Source: Antedon mediterranea (taxonomy: Eukaryota > Animalia > Echinodermata). From it: a DNA stretch of 64,000 bases. The notes under the pieces are model-generated. The model did not search any database. It was given only the letters and a program-made list of their open reading frames with translations, and had not been told where the DNA came from. How positions within the stretch are numbered: the first letter of the stretch is position 1; each line of letters begins with the position of its first letter. Position numbers and translations under genes: made by a program. Shown in pieces: positions 49,501 to 62,502 of this stretch. The stretch covers positions 12,708,352 to 12,772,351 of the forward strand of contig NC_092678.1 in assembly GCF_964355755.1 (NCBI RefSeq), written 5' to 3'.

Positions 49501-52500
49501 ACAAGTAACTTGGTTGCAACTAGCACGCATTGCATGATGTAAGCACAACACAAGTAACTTGACTATTCATGAAACGATTCATGGATCGTCCATTGCATCA
49601 TGATAGTCAAATGACTTGCGTTGTCAATTACATTCTTCCATTGTTCCAAAGTAGAGTTGATTCAATCCTTTTACGCAATATACTGCTGAAGAAATAAAAC
49701 TAGATATTTACCATCAACTTCATAAATTCATCAATATGTTTGTCATATCTGTATATTCCATCTACTACAGTCTCTCCATAAAAAGACATATTATCAAAGG
49801 GATAATATATTGGATTAGGGTAAACTGAAAATCCAAAATCACCACTCAATGCAGGAACGAAACCATCAAATGAAAAGGTCAAAGGTAAAACTTCTTGGTC
49901 TGCCTGTCGTCTGCTACGATGACCTGATGTGGAGAGATCAGCTGGTGGACTTTCACAATCCATATCCTCATTTGACAGAATTATACAGTTCTGAAAAAAC
50001 AACACATCATTTCTTTATTTATTATGTACATTAAAGAACAATTTACAAAGAATTTTAAAAATAAATAATTAATGTTCATAAAGTCATATACTTGCTTAAA
50101 TCTGACAAAACAATTCTACTTAGTAAACATTATAATCAAAATAAATACACAAATAAATTGTGTAAATAAGACAGAAGAGAAATCAGAGTGTTAATGTTGG
50201 AAAACAAAAACATGATCTTAAAATTATCTTTACTTGATAATCAGATGCTTTTGGAGATGATTTAATGTACTGAGCATTGAGTACAATTACATCAGAGAAG
50301 GGCCTATGCTTGGTTACTACTAGAGATGCACAAGGACGCATGTAACATAAGTGATTTGACAAATCACAAGCAATTGATTATTCCAACTGTTAATTTTCAT
50401 TGGTCAACTCGCTTGCGTTGGGTCTACTTCCTTGAGTTGAGATGGATATGGATTATAGATATATTCATATGGATGAATGATATGGATGTAAACATTGTTA
50501 ACATTGAATGAAAACCTCTCTTTCTGTTGAAATTTATTATATTAGAAATGTAAATGTATCTAAAGCTTACATTTTCAGCTGATACGCTATTTTACAACAT
50601 CGTTGCTTTCTGTACATATTGGAAATTTGTTCCGGTCACTCTGATGTTTTGACCACCTCTGCAAAAATAAGCATTTTAAACATTATCATTACATGGAATA
50701 TGGTGCTTTAAGTATGAAGGAGTTTATTGATTTTACTTCCAATTCTTAAAGCCCAACATTGTCACATTGTTTTGCATAATAATTTGATACACTGAGCTTT
50801 TGTATCAAGGTCAGTACAGTTTGTATCTTACTATAGTAAACAGCTCTGTAGGTCTGAACTAGACTAATTGCCCCAACTTTATATTATTGTCTTTTATTAT
50901 TTTAGTCTACCAGTCGGTGTTTTGATTTTTGTCCTGAAAGCTCAAGCAGTGTACGTATGAAAGGCCATATGTGTCAAAATATTTTTCTTTTTACTAATAT
51001 TAAGTCAAAACTCCGTCAGGAACCCAGATTAGGTCTGAACATTCCTTAAGACTATAATTCTCAAGTATTTTTTTAGATAATAAAATGTTTCTGTCCATTT
51101 ACAAAATTAAGTATATTAATCTCTCTTCTTCGAGGGCTTGCAGCTAAGGCTATCGCTTAGGTCTAGCATTTTCAGAACATAACATAACACCAGTATTGGA
51201 ACAGCTACATTTGGTGGCCAGTTGAGAAGAGAGTAATGTACAAGATACTTCATCACATTTAAATCACTCCAAAACATGGCTCCAACATTTCTATCTAAAA
51301 CATTTTCAAGCCAAAACGGACACTGAGGTCATCACTCAGGCCTATACCTAGACTGCCTTCAAAAAAATATTATGGACAACGCGCCTGTTTCTGGTCAGCT
51401 GCTCTTTGGAACGCCCTTCCAAACTCAATCAGGAATGCCGAATCACTCGACACATTCAAACAACTTCTCAAATCTCACCTTTTTATTTTGCATTTTCATT
51501 ATTAAGCTTTTGCTCTTTTATAACATTTTCTGTTGATTGTTCAACGCTTTGAGATGCCCTGTATTTTGCGGTATATTAAATTGAACATTATTATTATATA
51601 ATTAAGAAAATTCTTCTTACGCTTGAATGCCTTTATTAGGTTGGAAGTCAGTCACTGTGGGATTTGTAGTGTAATTAAATGTAAGACCATCTCTAACAGC
51701 ATTTCCAAATGTAACTGTTACTGCAACTTCAGCTCCAGATGTTGTATAGTTTGATGTTGTACAAATCATCTGGTTTTCATTGATACTGTAAAATAAATCA
51801 ACAGTGGTTAGAATTTTGTAAAGATACATCCTTTTGAAGTACGCTCTAAAATTAGTAAAATAATGGTCCAGAATTAGGATCCTGGTGTGGATTGCTATCA
51901 AAAAGTAATAGAGTATTCCGTGACCATTACATCTATCTGTGGTTTAAAATCGGTAAAGATCTGTCTAATAAATAATGCAAAATATAACCTCCTTGGCAGT
52001 CCTAATAATCTACATGTCAATCTATATACAAATAAGATTTATTTTGTAACATAACCTGCACCTACGTTAGACTAGACGATAATGTAAAGAATGTTATTTC
52101 GTACCTTGTAACATAACATTCACTTCCATCAATAGATACCATTACATCATTCCCAGTGTTCAGATTGGATCCACTTAATCTTAGTGTAGTTCCACCAGCT
52201 TGAATGCCAAACCTTGGACTCAACTCAGATATAAGTGGATTCTAAAATGAAATAAAAAAATGTTTAATTTAATAAATATACTAATAAAACACAGGTATTA
52301 CAATCTGTATGATTAATAATTGTTTTTAATATTTAAAAAAAAACAAATGTTTTTATACAAACATAACCACAAGTTTAAAAGTTAATATATTTATAGTATA
52401 AAAATTGGTCAGCGGAAACTATTTCATAAAATTGTTAATATCCTTCTCTTTTACTAGTAGGAATGAAAGTAGAGGAGAAGAGTGAAATTGCATTAGTTTC

Positions 52501-55500
52501 ACTCTTATCTTGTTCTATCAGGAGTGAAAGTAGAAGAAAAGAGTGAAATTGCATTAATTTCACTCTTATCTTGTTCTAGCAGGAATGAAAGTAGAAGAAA
52601 TAAGTGAATGTATCTTCACTCTTGGCTGGTTCTAGTGTTCATTTTAATATCATGAATACCACAAGTTTACAACAAATATACATGATTACTGTAGAATAAA
52701 CATTTTAAAATAACTTTAGTAATTACATAAAAATATTTATTAAGGTTGACTCTTCTACATCAAAGCAAGATTGTGAAATTTGAGTGAAAAAATATACCTG
52801 ATAGAGTATGACTACAGGTGCACTTGTCTTTCCTTGAACAGTTATGATGACGTCACGTTGAGAGACACTATCAAACACAGGAGCTTTACATTTCACACTG
52901 TGTATAGTAAATAATACAATTTCCTTTTCACTGATATACACCACAACAATAATTATAATAAAAAAAATAACATGCAATGTTACCCCCAATTGTGAGGATG
53001 GATCGGAATAATGCATGGCACATGATGCTTAATAAACGAACCAATCAAATAGTTTATGGATTCTGTGTGATAAGTTACAGAAGTGCTTTGTACTTCATCT
53101 TATGTTAGAATGGTGGTTTTCCATAAAAGTGTTTTTAGAAAATGTTTGTATAAGATCAGACAAATCTGAGGCATCTTAACATGGTAGCAGAGTTGTCAAA
53201 GATACCCGTCTGTAGGATGGGTATCAACTACTTATATTATGATCTGTTTTGCATTACATCAGTGAAAGCTGAATACATACAGTAGCAATCATAATATATT
53301 TACTTCTTGTCCATACACACATTATCACAATACACACTGAGAGAGGCATAGTTGGTTAAACTGAGGGTATTACCTGTGTTGTGCACTGAACCATGAAATA
53401 GGTTTGGTTCACGGTTCAATCTCGTGAATAAGTTAGAACACAGAGAGTGTTCTAACTTACAGGTTGGATTACATGCATATAGCGCACTATCTTCTGAATG
53501 AGATGTTAATCCGTTGGTCCTATGTGAAACTTGGCTTATGTACAGCCAGAAGGATCTTACCAGAAACAAGTACTGACTTAGTGCTGCATAATTAATGTAA
53601 AATTAAATATTAAAATACCTTTGTAAAGCTATGTTAAATCCATCAGCAACTATTACACATTTTTTGTTATCTATCATAATGTTGTCAATATCTGACATCA
53701 TCTGTCCAAAATCAGTTCCAAACAGTTCAATGACCTCTGTGAAATCAGGTTCAGGTTCAGTAGTTACCGTAGCAACAGAAATGGGAAGAGTCTGAACATA
53801 ATATTAGTAAAACATAAAAGCATGATGGATATTTAAAAAAAAACAAACATGATTGGTGTAATCATAAAAAAAAACAATATTGGATATTTTGGAGTAAAGC
53901 CATTTGCTCAAATATCATATATACTCTTTCAGTACCCTTTTCTTCTAATTTTCAGACTAATTGTTAATCTGCCACAAATATATACTGTAATGTAAATTTC
54001 ACACTATAAACTAGTAATAGAGGGCGACTAGTAAACATCATTTCAAACAAATTTAAGTTAGGCTAGGATGCTGGATTTTGAAGGAAGATAAAATGATTCC
54101 AATTACCTGAATAATAACAGGTGATGGACATTCATTCACTATTGATAAACAGAATAGACTGTAGGAACATTGGTCTCCAGTACACCAGACACAATCAAGT
54201 CCAGACCTAGTGGTGTTCATTGAATAACATCGACTGCAGTCTGGACGTTGAACACTACACTTGTACAATGTAACTGGTAAAGAAAAATAGAGAAATTAAT
54301 GTAAAAATGAAGCATTAACTGATAAAATATCATAATCATTAGCATATCATAATCATTAGCATATTACGAAGGTGTCACTATGAGTCATGACTTTGTGACT
54401 TTGTCTTTGAATATTAAAATGCCGAAAACAACATAATGAAAGAATGATATATATTTTTTATCATATTTTGACATTGTTTGTATGCATAACATGGATGTAT
54501 GCTAACTGACAAATGATGTTTATTCAATTGGTTTTATTCACTAGGTTTTGAAAACACGTCTCAAAGCCTGGTTGGATGAGAGTAGATAACATTAATATTA
54601 TTTATGATAACATTTAAGGATAAACTAAAAACTGTAATTCCTATAGGAACAATAATAATTGTGCAAACAAATACTCATTATCTACAGGTTTAACACCATA
54701 AAATAAGATATAATATTATTTGCACAGAATGACACCAGAAAGATCAGGGAATGAAGTAGGGATTTATAGTATACAAACTAATTGACTGTAATTTAAAGAT
54801 TATATCATCCTGTTGTTTGAACAATGTGGTGTTGAGTCAATACTTAGTAAAGTAAATTGTTGTTAAACTTCCTGTTTAAAAGTTAAACAACCATTTCATG
54901 TTCATTAAAAAACAATGTACTATATGTTAAAAACAGTTAATTGCCTGTCAGCTGAAACCACAGTCTCTGAACTGGGAACCTATCATAACCAGCTAAAAGG
55001 TTCAGATATTTTTTATTGTATTTACATGTTTCATGTGGACAGCTTGTCTGACTAAATCAAGTTGAATTAAAGGGGTGAATACTGTTTATACGTAACTAAA
55101 ACTCCATGTCAAATTTATTTGGAAAACCAGACTATCAAGAATATGACACAGTTTGGGCAAACTTAAAGATTTTCAGTTGACTGGATAATGTTCTTTGGGT
55201 TTTTAAAAAGTTTTCTGACAAAAAACTGGCAATATTAAAACGTTTTTTTTATTCTCAATAATCTTTTTTTATTGATTAATTATTTATTTTATTTTATTTT
55301 ATTTTATGTCTTTAGGCAATGTGGCCAAGGATTACCAATAGTGAATTAATCACTGTCCTATCAGATAGGTGGTAATCCCCCTGATACAGGGGCTATTGTG
55401 TGAACCAGTTCACCGGGGTAACCCCCTACTCTTTTTCGAATAATGAACTGGGTTCTTTAAAGTACACACAGGTTATAACTGTGTACACTGGACCTACGGT

Positions 55501-58500
55501 TTATAGTCCTTATCCGAGAAGACTTGTTCCACCACCAGAACTAGGAGCGAGTCGGCCTCGAACCCTTGCCGATGTTGTTGTTGGCTCTTTAGGTACGGTA
55601 AACGGCGCCCCTGCCTTAACCGCTCGGCCATATGACTCTTAATAACTCTTTGAATAAATTATCCCCAATTTGTAGCATAAATGAGACAGATTTGTGGTTG
55701 TTAAATGGCATTCTTAAAATAAATAAATGTTTGTGCACAATTTGATTGATTGCAGTTGACCTTGGGTGAACTACAGTAGCATTCCAAAGCTTGACCGGTT
55801 CTCAGCATTTTGGGTAATCTTAACGGTTTTTTTGTCCACTATACACCGCACACTGATTTACTGGTTTTTTGGGAGCACAAAATAAGCAGAAACAGTCAAT
55901 ATAAAAATAGGGTTGTTAAAGAGGTACTAGGAATACTGTATTTGTCTCAGGAGTTACATTTTTTTTAATGGAAAATTGAACAGGGGTATGTGGATATGAT
56001 AACAAAATGTATGATGTTATGTTTACCAAGTAAATAATTGATTTAATGATATTTATCAATGTAAACAATCAGGTGAAACCAACCTTGATAAGCATTGTCA
56101 ATTTCATTGTCGTTCCAAAATACTTTAATATATGCGTTTACTTCCTGCTTTTCCTTAGCTGTGTAGTCATACTAAAAAGAAATGTTTCCAAAAAGCAATT
56201 AAAAGTACACTTGAATTTCACATAACATTTGGCATAATGCCAAGATGAAATGTGACATTTACAGCAAAATTATACCACAAAAACTTCCTGAAACAACAAG
56301 TTTTTGGAAGTGGAGTTGTTATCGAGAATTCTAGTGGATATGAATCAACTAACATGGAATTGGTAGCAAATCTTTATTAAGTAACAAGCTAAATACATCC
56401 ATTCATTTTAAAATAATATCTCTATTAATTTCTGTTGTGGTTTTTAAAAATAGATTTAGGTCTAAGTTTAATAAATAATTATTACAGAGTAAATTTATGA
56501 ATAGAAAATTAATGAAAAAACTTTATAACCACTACTGTATCAGCAAACATAAATTTATTTACATATAGTTATAATAACTCTTTGTATATCTCTTGCTATT
56601 GAGATTAATTATCAAGCACTCTATAACAAGAGGTTTTGTAACATGTGTATGTACATGGTTAAGTTGTACCATGGACATATAGGTCCATGGTTGAACTACA
56701 ATGTGTCAATATTAATGTAATATTTTTGTTTCATTATTCATTTGAATGTCACTAAATGCTATTTGATATGTGTACATTTAATCCATCTGTTCAAATGTCT
56801 TGGTTGCTACTATACTTACAGTGTATTGTGAACATGTGATATTTGAGTTTGATTCATCAACTGTTGCTGGAATCCTGACAGTTTGTGTTTCAATTTCCAA
56901 CTCACATTCATAGCTGTTTACCTACAATAAACAGCTCAGACAAATAAATTAACATATACAATCTAGGTAGGTGTATGTTGGTGTTTTTCTACATTATAAT
57001 GTAAACTTTCCTACCTATTAAACAATTCTATATTAATACCCTACTGTATCTCTTGCGGGAATTGTTTCCTGGAACCTTAAAGTGGACGGAAATCTCACAC
57101 ACATCTCACTACTACGCTTCAAGTTCCTTTAATTATTTTATAATTAAGTTTTTATATAATATTGTGACCCATGGCTAATTAGCATATTGCATGGTCCTCC
57201 TGTGATTAAGTAACAACTCTGTATTTAATGAACAGTGTGCTATTGTTCGCTCTCTGTTCGCTCACAGCTGGCATTGAGCTTATATGTATATGTTAACGCC
57301 AATATATGGTTTTCTGAGATTTAGTTGTTGTCTGGCCATCTTACTCTAACAATATTCATTGCAAACTAAAAGTATCAAAACTTCATTAATATAGTACTTA
57401 ATCTACAAATTCATTGAAGTTTTTAGTAGTGCACTTTTACCAGCTGATAAGTTTTATAAAAAGAATTTATGTGCAAATTGCCTGCTATAAAACAGGAAGA
57501 AAGTTTAAATAACTTAGTCTGTCAATGGGTAAAACTTCTTTTCCATTCACATCTTGAATGGAATATAAACATTGAATGGAATAACATTATTGGTCAGTTG
57601 AAATCAGTATTATCATGACTGTACAGCAGTACAACTCAAGAGTTGAAAAAAAGTTTATTTGTGGAAAGTGAAAAGTTTTAATTCTCAATAAATGAATGAA
57701 TTAAAGTTAAGTTAAGTTGTAAATTATCATGGAGGAAATAAATTATGAAAATTCATAAAATTACCAACTTTAAATGTTTACCTTTGTAGCATTTGGTAAA
57801 TTCATAATTGGTATTCTGACTTCTTTCCGTATATTTGCATGAATAAGTTCCTCATTTGGTTGATAAATTTGTGGACATGACCCTTGACCTTGAAAACCAT
57901 TTGGTGGTGATGTTGCCTACATATTTAAACAATAGCTTATAAGTGATAACAATTAAACATAATTAAACATTTTGGATGCAATAATTACATAGATAATTTT
58001 CTGTTTGTTCTTCACACCGATAACTGTAGAGGATCTAATGGAAACTGTTACGAACCGTGGTAACTACTGTATATTACCGACAAACATCACTACAATATAA
58101 AGAATACTCCATTATTCTTACTAGTTCTATATCTGGCACCTAATGTTCCATCTGCATAGATTAAAGTATCTTGCCTAAGGACACAAGGCATGCATCAGCC
58201 ACCTCGTAATATAATTCCCATAAGCGTCATACTGTAAACTGAGCAACTCATTCGCACCTTAACAACCCCTTCCAAAAACAATTAGCTAAACCATGTTGTC
58301 TCAAAAAGTGCTTAATTGAGCAATAGAAGTTCAGCTTCCATTTGATTATACAGAACAAAAACGGAAAAAAAGTCATAATTACTTACGTTTCCATTCAAAA
58401 TAATTTTGTCGTCTCCTGTGCACAATGTTGATGCATTATGGGTACATTTGTTGTCATAGACACACCAAGAACAAGTAAAACTTGAAACACATTCAGAACA

Positions 58501-61288
58501 ACTGCAGTATTGAGAATAAAAACAAAACAATATTGTTATCTTATAACCGTTTGACACGCATGCCACCGATATAAAGATGTTGTTATTCTAATAAAGATAA
58601 TTATTAAATCATATACTTCATCATTTTTTTAATGCAAAAATGAGGGCCACTATGTTTTAACACTGCAGCCAACTCCTATCACTGAATTAACATAAGTTGA
58701 TCTATTTCATTGTATTTGATAATTCTAAACAGAAATGCATACAGTAGTAATTTGTTGATTGTAGAGGTAATGGTCGGTTATAATACTTGTTAAAAGCAAA
58801 ATACAGTAACTCACTGAGTTCAGAGTTGATAGAGCACTATGACTCTATGAGTTTGTTATATTGAATAAAAGTACAGTTTTTGGTAAAAATGTAAGAACAC
58901 AATTGTCTCACACCAATTTCCCTTTGATTCAAAGGAACCTTTTGTTATATACAAATAATAGGCTAAATTTAGGTAAACTTATTGTTGAAATACAATTTAG
59001 TAACAATACAGAAAACTTTAACAACAGAATCAAATCCTTGATGACATAATAGAGAGGTTTACAGTTCTGGTTTCAGTGACAGCAAGTCAGAGGCTGACAA
59101 AGTTAATACCAAGAAACAGTAAAAGCAAACATTGTTGTATTTTGTATGCTTGATTAAATAACCTGATTAATAAAGTATGTGAATGAATGGCATTAAAGCA
59201 TACTTGACTGCACAGGCAAGTCAAGCAAATGCTGTCAAATGGTTGATTATCAAGATTGCATACAATTATACCATGGAACTTCCTGGTCACTTATAATTAG
59301 CCTAGGTATGTCCATATGCCTGTTCGACATCATGTTTCATTTTCTGTGAGGGTTGTAAAGATCATTCAGGAAAGCAATCATCCTTACAAACCTATACATT
59401 TAACAGGTGTACTACTATTTACTCCAAATAACACAAATAATAACTTAACTTAATCAATAATAATAATCAAATGAATCTTTTGAATCAAGTTCAATTATCA
59501 AAACACTAACACTGAACAAACTCTCAGTCTCAGTAACTGTTTTTTTTTAAACACAGATAAGAGTACCACTCTCAACAGTTATGTTTTAAATTATACAGTT
59601 GTCTCTTACAGTCTAAACTAAATTCCTTCAAGTAGTTTATGATTTATGACATGCAAATACAGTCAACTTTCTTTCTGTCAGTAAAAATTAGAAACTAAGC
59701 TGCCAAAATAATAATATTCTGGATAATTGTGGGAAAACCATAGTTTGTTCTAAGGTGTTGCTATGCTTTTAAAAAGCCACCAGATATTTATTTTCTTCTG
59801 ATCTCTGAAGACTTTGGACCAACCCAAGACAAGAGTCTCATTGATAATATTTGATTGTTGACAATATTTGAAATAAAAAAAAAAAACTTAAATTACATTA
59901 CAACAAAGATAAATAAAAAAAAGTGTTATCTAATCTATAATAAACACGTAACTGATGAGTTGATTGTCTTGAAAGGAAGATAATATTGGTTAATTTGGCT
60001 GAACTATCTATCTGACTACAAATAATATTAAACAACAATGATGATTCAGTGTTTACACATTATGGTTTTAAATATTTGACAGTGTTTCATTCATTCCCTC
60101 ACAGCTATCCTATTTGCTATCATGGTCCTAATATAAAATTCAATTTGAAGGAAACAATCTTGTATGCTTTGCAAATGTTTGTACAGTAACGTATTACACA
60201 ATTACAACTGTCCCATTACAACAATATTATCAATATATTGTTTTGATTTCCTTATGTATTAAAGATGACAGTGAGATTATAACAAATTTTGTACATTGCA
60301 ACCTGGTAAAGATGACAGTGAGATTATAACAAATTATGTACATTGCAACCTGGTAAAGATGACAGTGAGATTATAACAAATTATGTACATTGCAACCTGG
60401 TAAAGATGACAGAGAGATTATAACAAATTATGTACATTGCAACCTGGTAAAGATGACAGTGAGATTATAACAAATTATGTACATTGCAACCTGGTAAAGA
60501 TGACAGTGAGATTACAACAAATTATGTACATTGCAACCTGGTAAAGATGACAGTGAGATTATAACAAATTATGTACATTGCAACCTGGTAAAGATGACAG
60601 TGAGATTATAACAAATTATGTACATTGCAACCTGGTAAAGATGACAGTGAGATTATAACAAATTATGTACATTGCAACCTGGTAAAGATGACAGTGAGAT
60701 TATAACAACTTATGTACATTGCAACCTGGTAAAGATGACAGTGAGATTATAACAAATTATGTACATTGCAACCTGGTAAAGATGACAGTGAGATTATAAC
60801 AAATTATGTACATTGCAACCTGGTAAAGATGACAGTGAGATTATAACAACTTATGTACATTGCAACCTGGTAAAGATGACAGTGAGATTATAACAAATTA
60901 TGTACATTGCAACCTGGTAAAGATGACAGTGAGATTATAACAAATTATGTACATTGCAACCTGGTAAAGATGACAGTGAGATTATAACAAATTATGTACA
61001 TTGCAACCTGGTACAGTAGAAACTAAATATGTTCATTTCCTTAAAATAATATGTCACTTGAATTTCAGATCCTTTTATTTCGTTATTACTTTTAGAAAAT
61101 GTGTGTTTACATTAAAAATTTGAAAGTTAAAGTAGTGAAATTTATTATTACACATGCTTCAGTCAATTCAGTCACAACAATCAATACTTACGAAGTAATG
61201 GCACTGCAGTCATAGAATGTGAAGTCAGTGGAAACGAAATCAACATCAGTTACAGATGAGTGAACTGATAAAATAACATCTACAAAAG
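34520..61288 (-). CDS. Plexin-like receptor, copy B (PSI and IPT domains, TM, GAP/RBD cytoplasmic region); Sema-domain exons not in window
   Basis: Phase-consistent exons (minus): 61192-61288, 58387-58501 (PSI), 57782-57916, 56820-56921, 56084-56171, 54107-54273 (PSI), 53619-53791, 52798-52897, 52105-52241 ([20 protein letters not shown]), 51621-51785, 50571-50658, 49712-49990, 48653-48811, 47839-48064 (TM), 46924-47066 (AFADL), 46201-46319, 43555-43620, 43163-43237, 42525-42591, 41644-41790 ([11 protein letters not shown]), 41280-41436 ([18 protein letters not shown]), 39906-40018 ([13 protein letters not shown]), 37905-38028, 37281-37366, 36968-37081, 36665-36831, 36384-36531, 35258-35395, 35081-35155, 34520-34651 (stop). 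Confidence 0.92.
36133..36376. repeat. 51-bp tandem repeat, ~4.7 copies, starting a few bases from a splice donor
   Basis: Unit CAACACCATGTTGGACGATACTGGTCCCTGGCAGTGAACCTACTAGGCCTA. Confidence 0.95.
38131..39364. repeat. 41-bp minisatellite, ~30 near-identical copies
   Basis: Unit AATAAGGGCACAGTGTGTTGGACATTGGATTACTGATTGTG. No unique spacers. Confidence 0.98.
42065..42183 (-). mobile_element. tRNA-derived SINE head fragment
   Basis: Minus strand GGAGCTGTAGCTTGGTGGTTA...GGTCCAGGGTTCAATCCTG has A/B-box-like motifs without a complete cloverleaf. Confidence 0.5.
44571..45343 (-). mobile_element. Helentron-associated / DINE-1-like non-autonomous element
   Basis: Minus strand starts TTTTTAGTCGCGTGGAAGCGACTCTATAG, followed by (GTCG/GTCT)n microsatellite. 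It ends CACGCGACTTAATGGCTGTTGGCCTTGTT: subterminal inverted repeat AGTCGCGTG, short stem-loop and T-rich ends. Confidence 0.7.
47751..47820. repeat. 20-bp tandem repeat, ~3 copies, just after the TM exon donor
   Basis: Unit GTTATGCCCAAATAAGGTCAT-like. Confidence 0.85.
48650..51650 (-). repeat. Inverted segmental homology to 1-2225 (exons and introns)
   Basis: Exons and intronic stretches match as reverse complements; ORF-track pairs 1080/49700 and 581/50326 are near-identical. Confidence 0.95.
49026..49561. repeat. 49-bp minisatellite, ~11 copies (paralogous to 1510-1856)
   Basis: Unit GGTTGCCACTAGCACGCATCGCATGATGTAAGCACAACACAAGTAACTT is the reverse complement of the unit at 1510. Confidence 0.95.
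52460..52612. repeat. ~63-bp tandem repeat, ~2.3 copies
   Basis: AGGAATGAAAGTAGAAGAAAAGAGTGAAATTGCATTA.TTTCACTCTTATCTTGTTCTA repeated. Confidence 0.75.
55310..55638 (-). mobile_element. tRNA-derived SINE with Deu-domain-like body
   Basis: Minus strand has TGGCCGAGCGGTTAAGGC (A box) and GGGTTCGAGGCC (B box), then TAAAGAACCCAG..TTCGAAAAAGAGTAGGGGGTTACCCCGGTG, resembling the DeuSINE/AmnSINE Deu-domain. A related degenerate piece is at ~41845-41928 (+). Confidence 0.65.
60260..61011. repeat. 47-bp minisatellite, 16 copies
   Basis: Unit TAAAGATGACAGTGAGATTATAACAAATTATGTACATTGCAACCTGG. Confidence 0.97.
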
Positions 61289-61427
61289 CTGTAAACAAAT
61301 TATTCAAAGGTTAGCTACTGTCTAGGCCGAGGCTTTAATTTCAAATGAATTTTATGGGTAAATACAAAATTAAATACAAAAAACCTAAATGTAATATTTA
61401 ATTACTTTTTTTTCCAGAGGTAGATAT

Positions 61428-62502
61428 CAGGGGCGGACGGAGGGGTGATGCCCCAGTCGCCCGGGCAACACCCTTAATTTCATACTAAATGTTTTTTTCT
61501 ACTACTAAATTAAAATTTAGATCCCATTTCATCTTATTATTAACCATTAACGTTATAGAAGTCCACGGTTGGAAGAGTCTATATGTAAATTGACAGACTG
61601 CAGCGTATAATTAAACGCGCACAATTTAACGGCGGCGGTCAGCGTAATTTTTTTAATGTTTTATATACAATCATGTTTCTGAACATGCTCAGAATGAATT
61701 TCTGACTGTTTGCTTGTGTGCGTCTTGAGAAGGTACGTGGAAAACCCTGTCATATGGGTTGTTGATTTGTCCGTAATTATTGCATTTTGCCGGGGATTCC
61801 CCATTATTTAAGTATTTCCGTAGTACCATATATTTATCTTCATTTCCCTACGTCCGTAATATTGGGAAGAATTTCCGTAGTAATTACGGACGTTCCGAAC
61901 TTTGAAATAACAGTGTTTAATTGCTTCTTTCTGCAAATTTCGATCATATTTTCTTTTCTGGAGTGTGGTTTAAGCAACACTGTTGTACAGTATAGTGGAT
62001 AAATGAAAATGAATTTCGGAAATTGTGGTTTAATCACCGACTTATTTAGCATTTATTTCAAAATAATACAATTCAACGTTTTGTTCAATATATTTATAAC
62101 AGCAGCTACACATGTTTTGTCTAACTTTTTAAAATTATTAATTGATAATAGGCCTAGTAATAATTGATTATAATTGCTAGACTAATATTACCTTACCGGA
62201 AGTACCTTCGTCGGGGACTTCCTCTGACGTTTGCATTGAACGCAAAAAAATGTTATCCTTATGGAAAAAATAGGCGGGATAAATACTGCTGTTTACTAAT
62301 GTAGCTCGGTAGATATAAGTGTCATTTCCGGTGAATTATAATAGGTGCCATTTATCATGAATTTTACGTGCGAGAGTACTATTTCCGGCCACCCAGAGGT
62401 GTCATTTAACAAAATTTGCTTCGCCACAGGCGAAGCACTTGGTTTCTATATGGCCCTAGACTCTTAGGCAACCCCCTTATAATAGTCCTGCGACCGCCCC
62501 TG
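61428..62502. mobile_element. Non-autonomous TIR DNA transposon (~1.07 kb)
   Basis: Ends CAGGGGCGGACGGAGG and CCTGCGACCGCCCCTG form an imperfect TIR, flanked by GATAT on both sides (61423-61427, 62503-62507). Confidence 0.6.

Noticed and set aside
55555-55638. tRNA gene
   Set aside because: A/B boxes are present but the cloverleaf is not intact and the sequence continues into a SINE body; same for 28131 and 42183.
59952-59980. Second hammerhead-like CTGATGA...GAAA
   Set aside because: No stem II, stem III or stem I pairing around the core.
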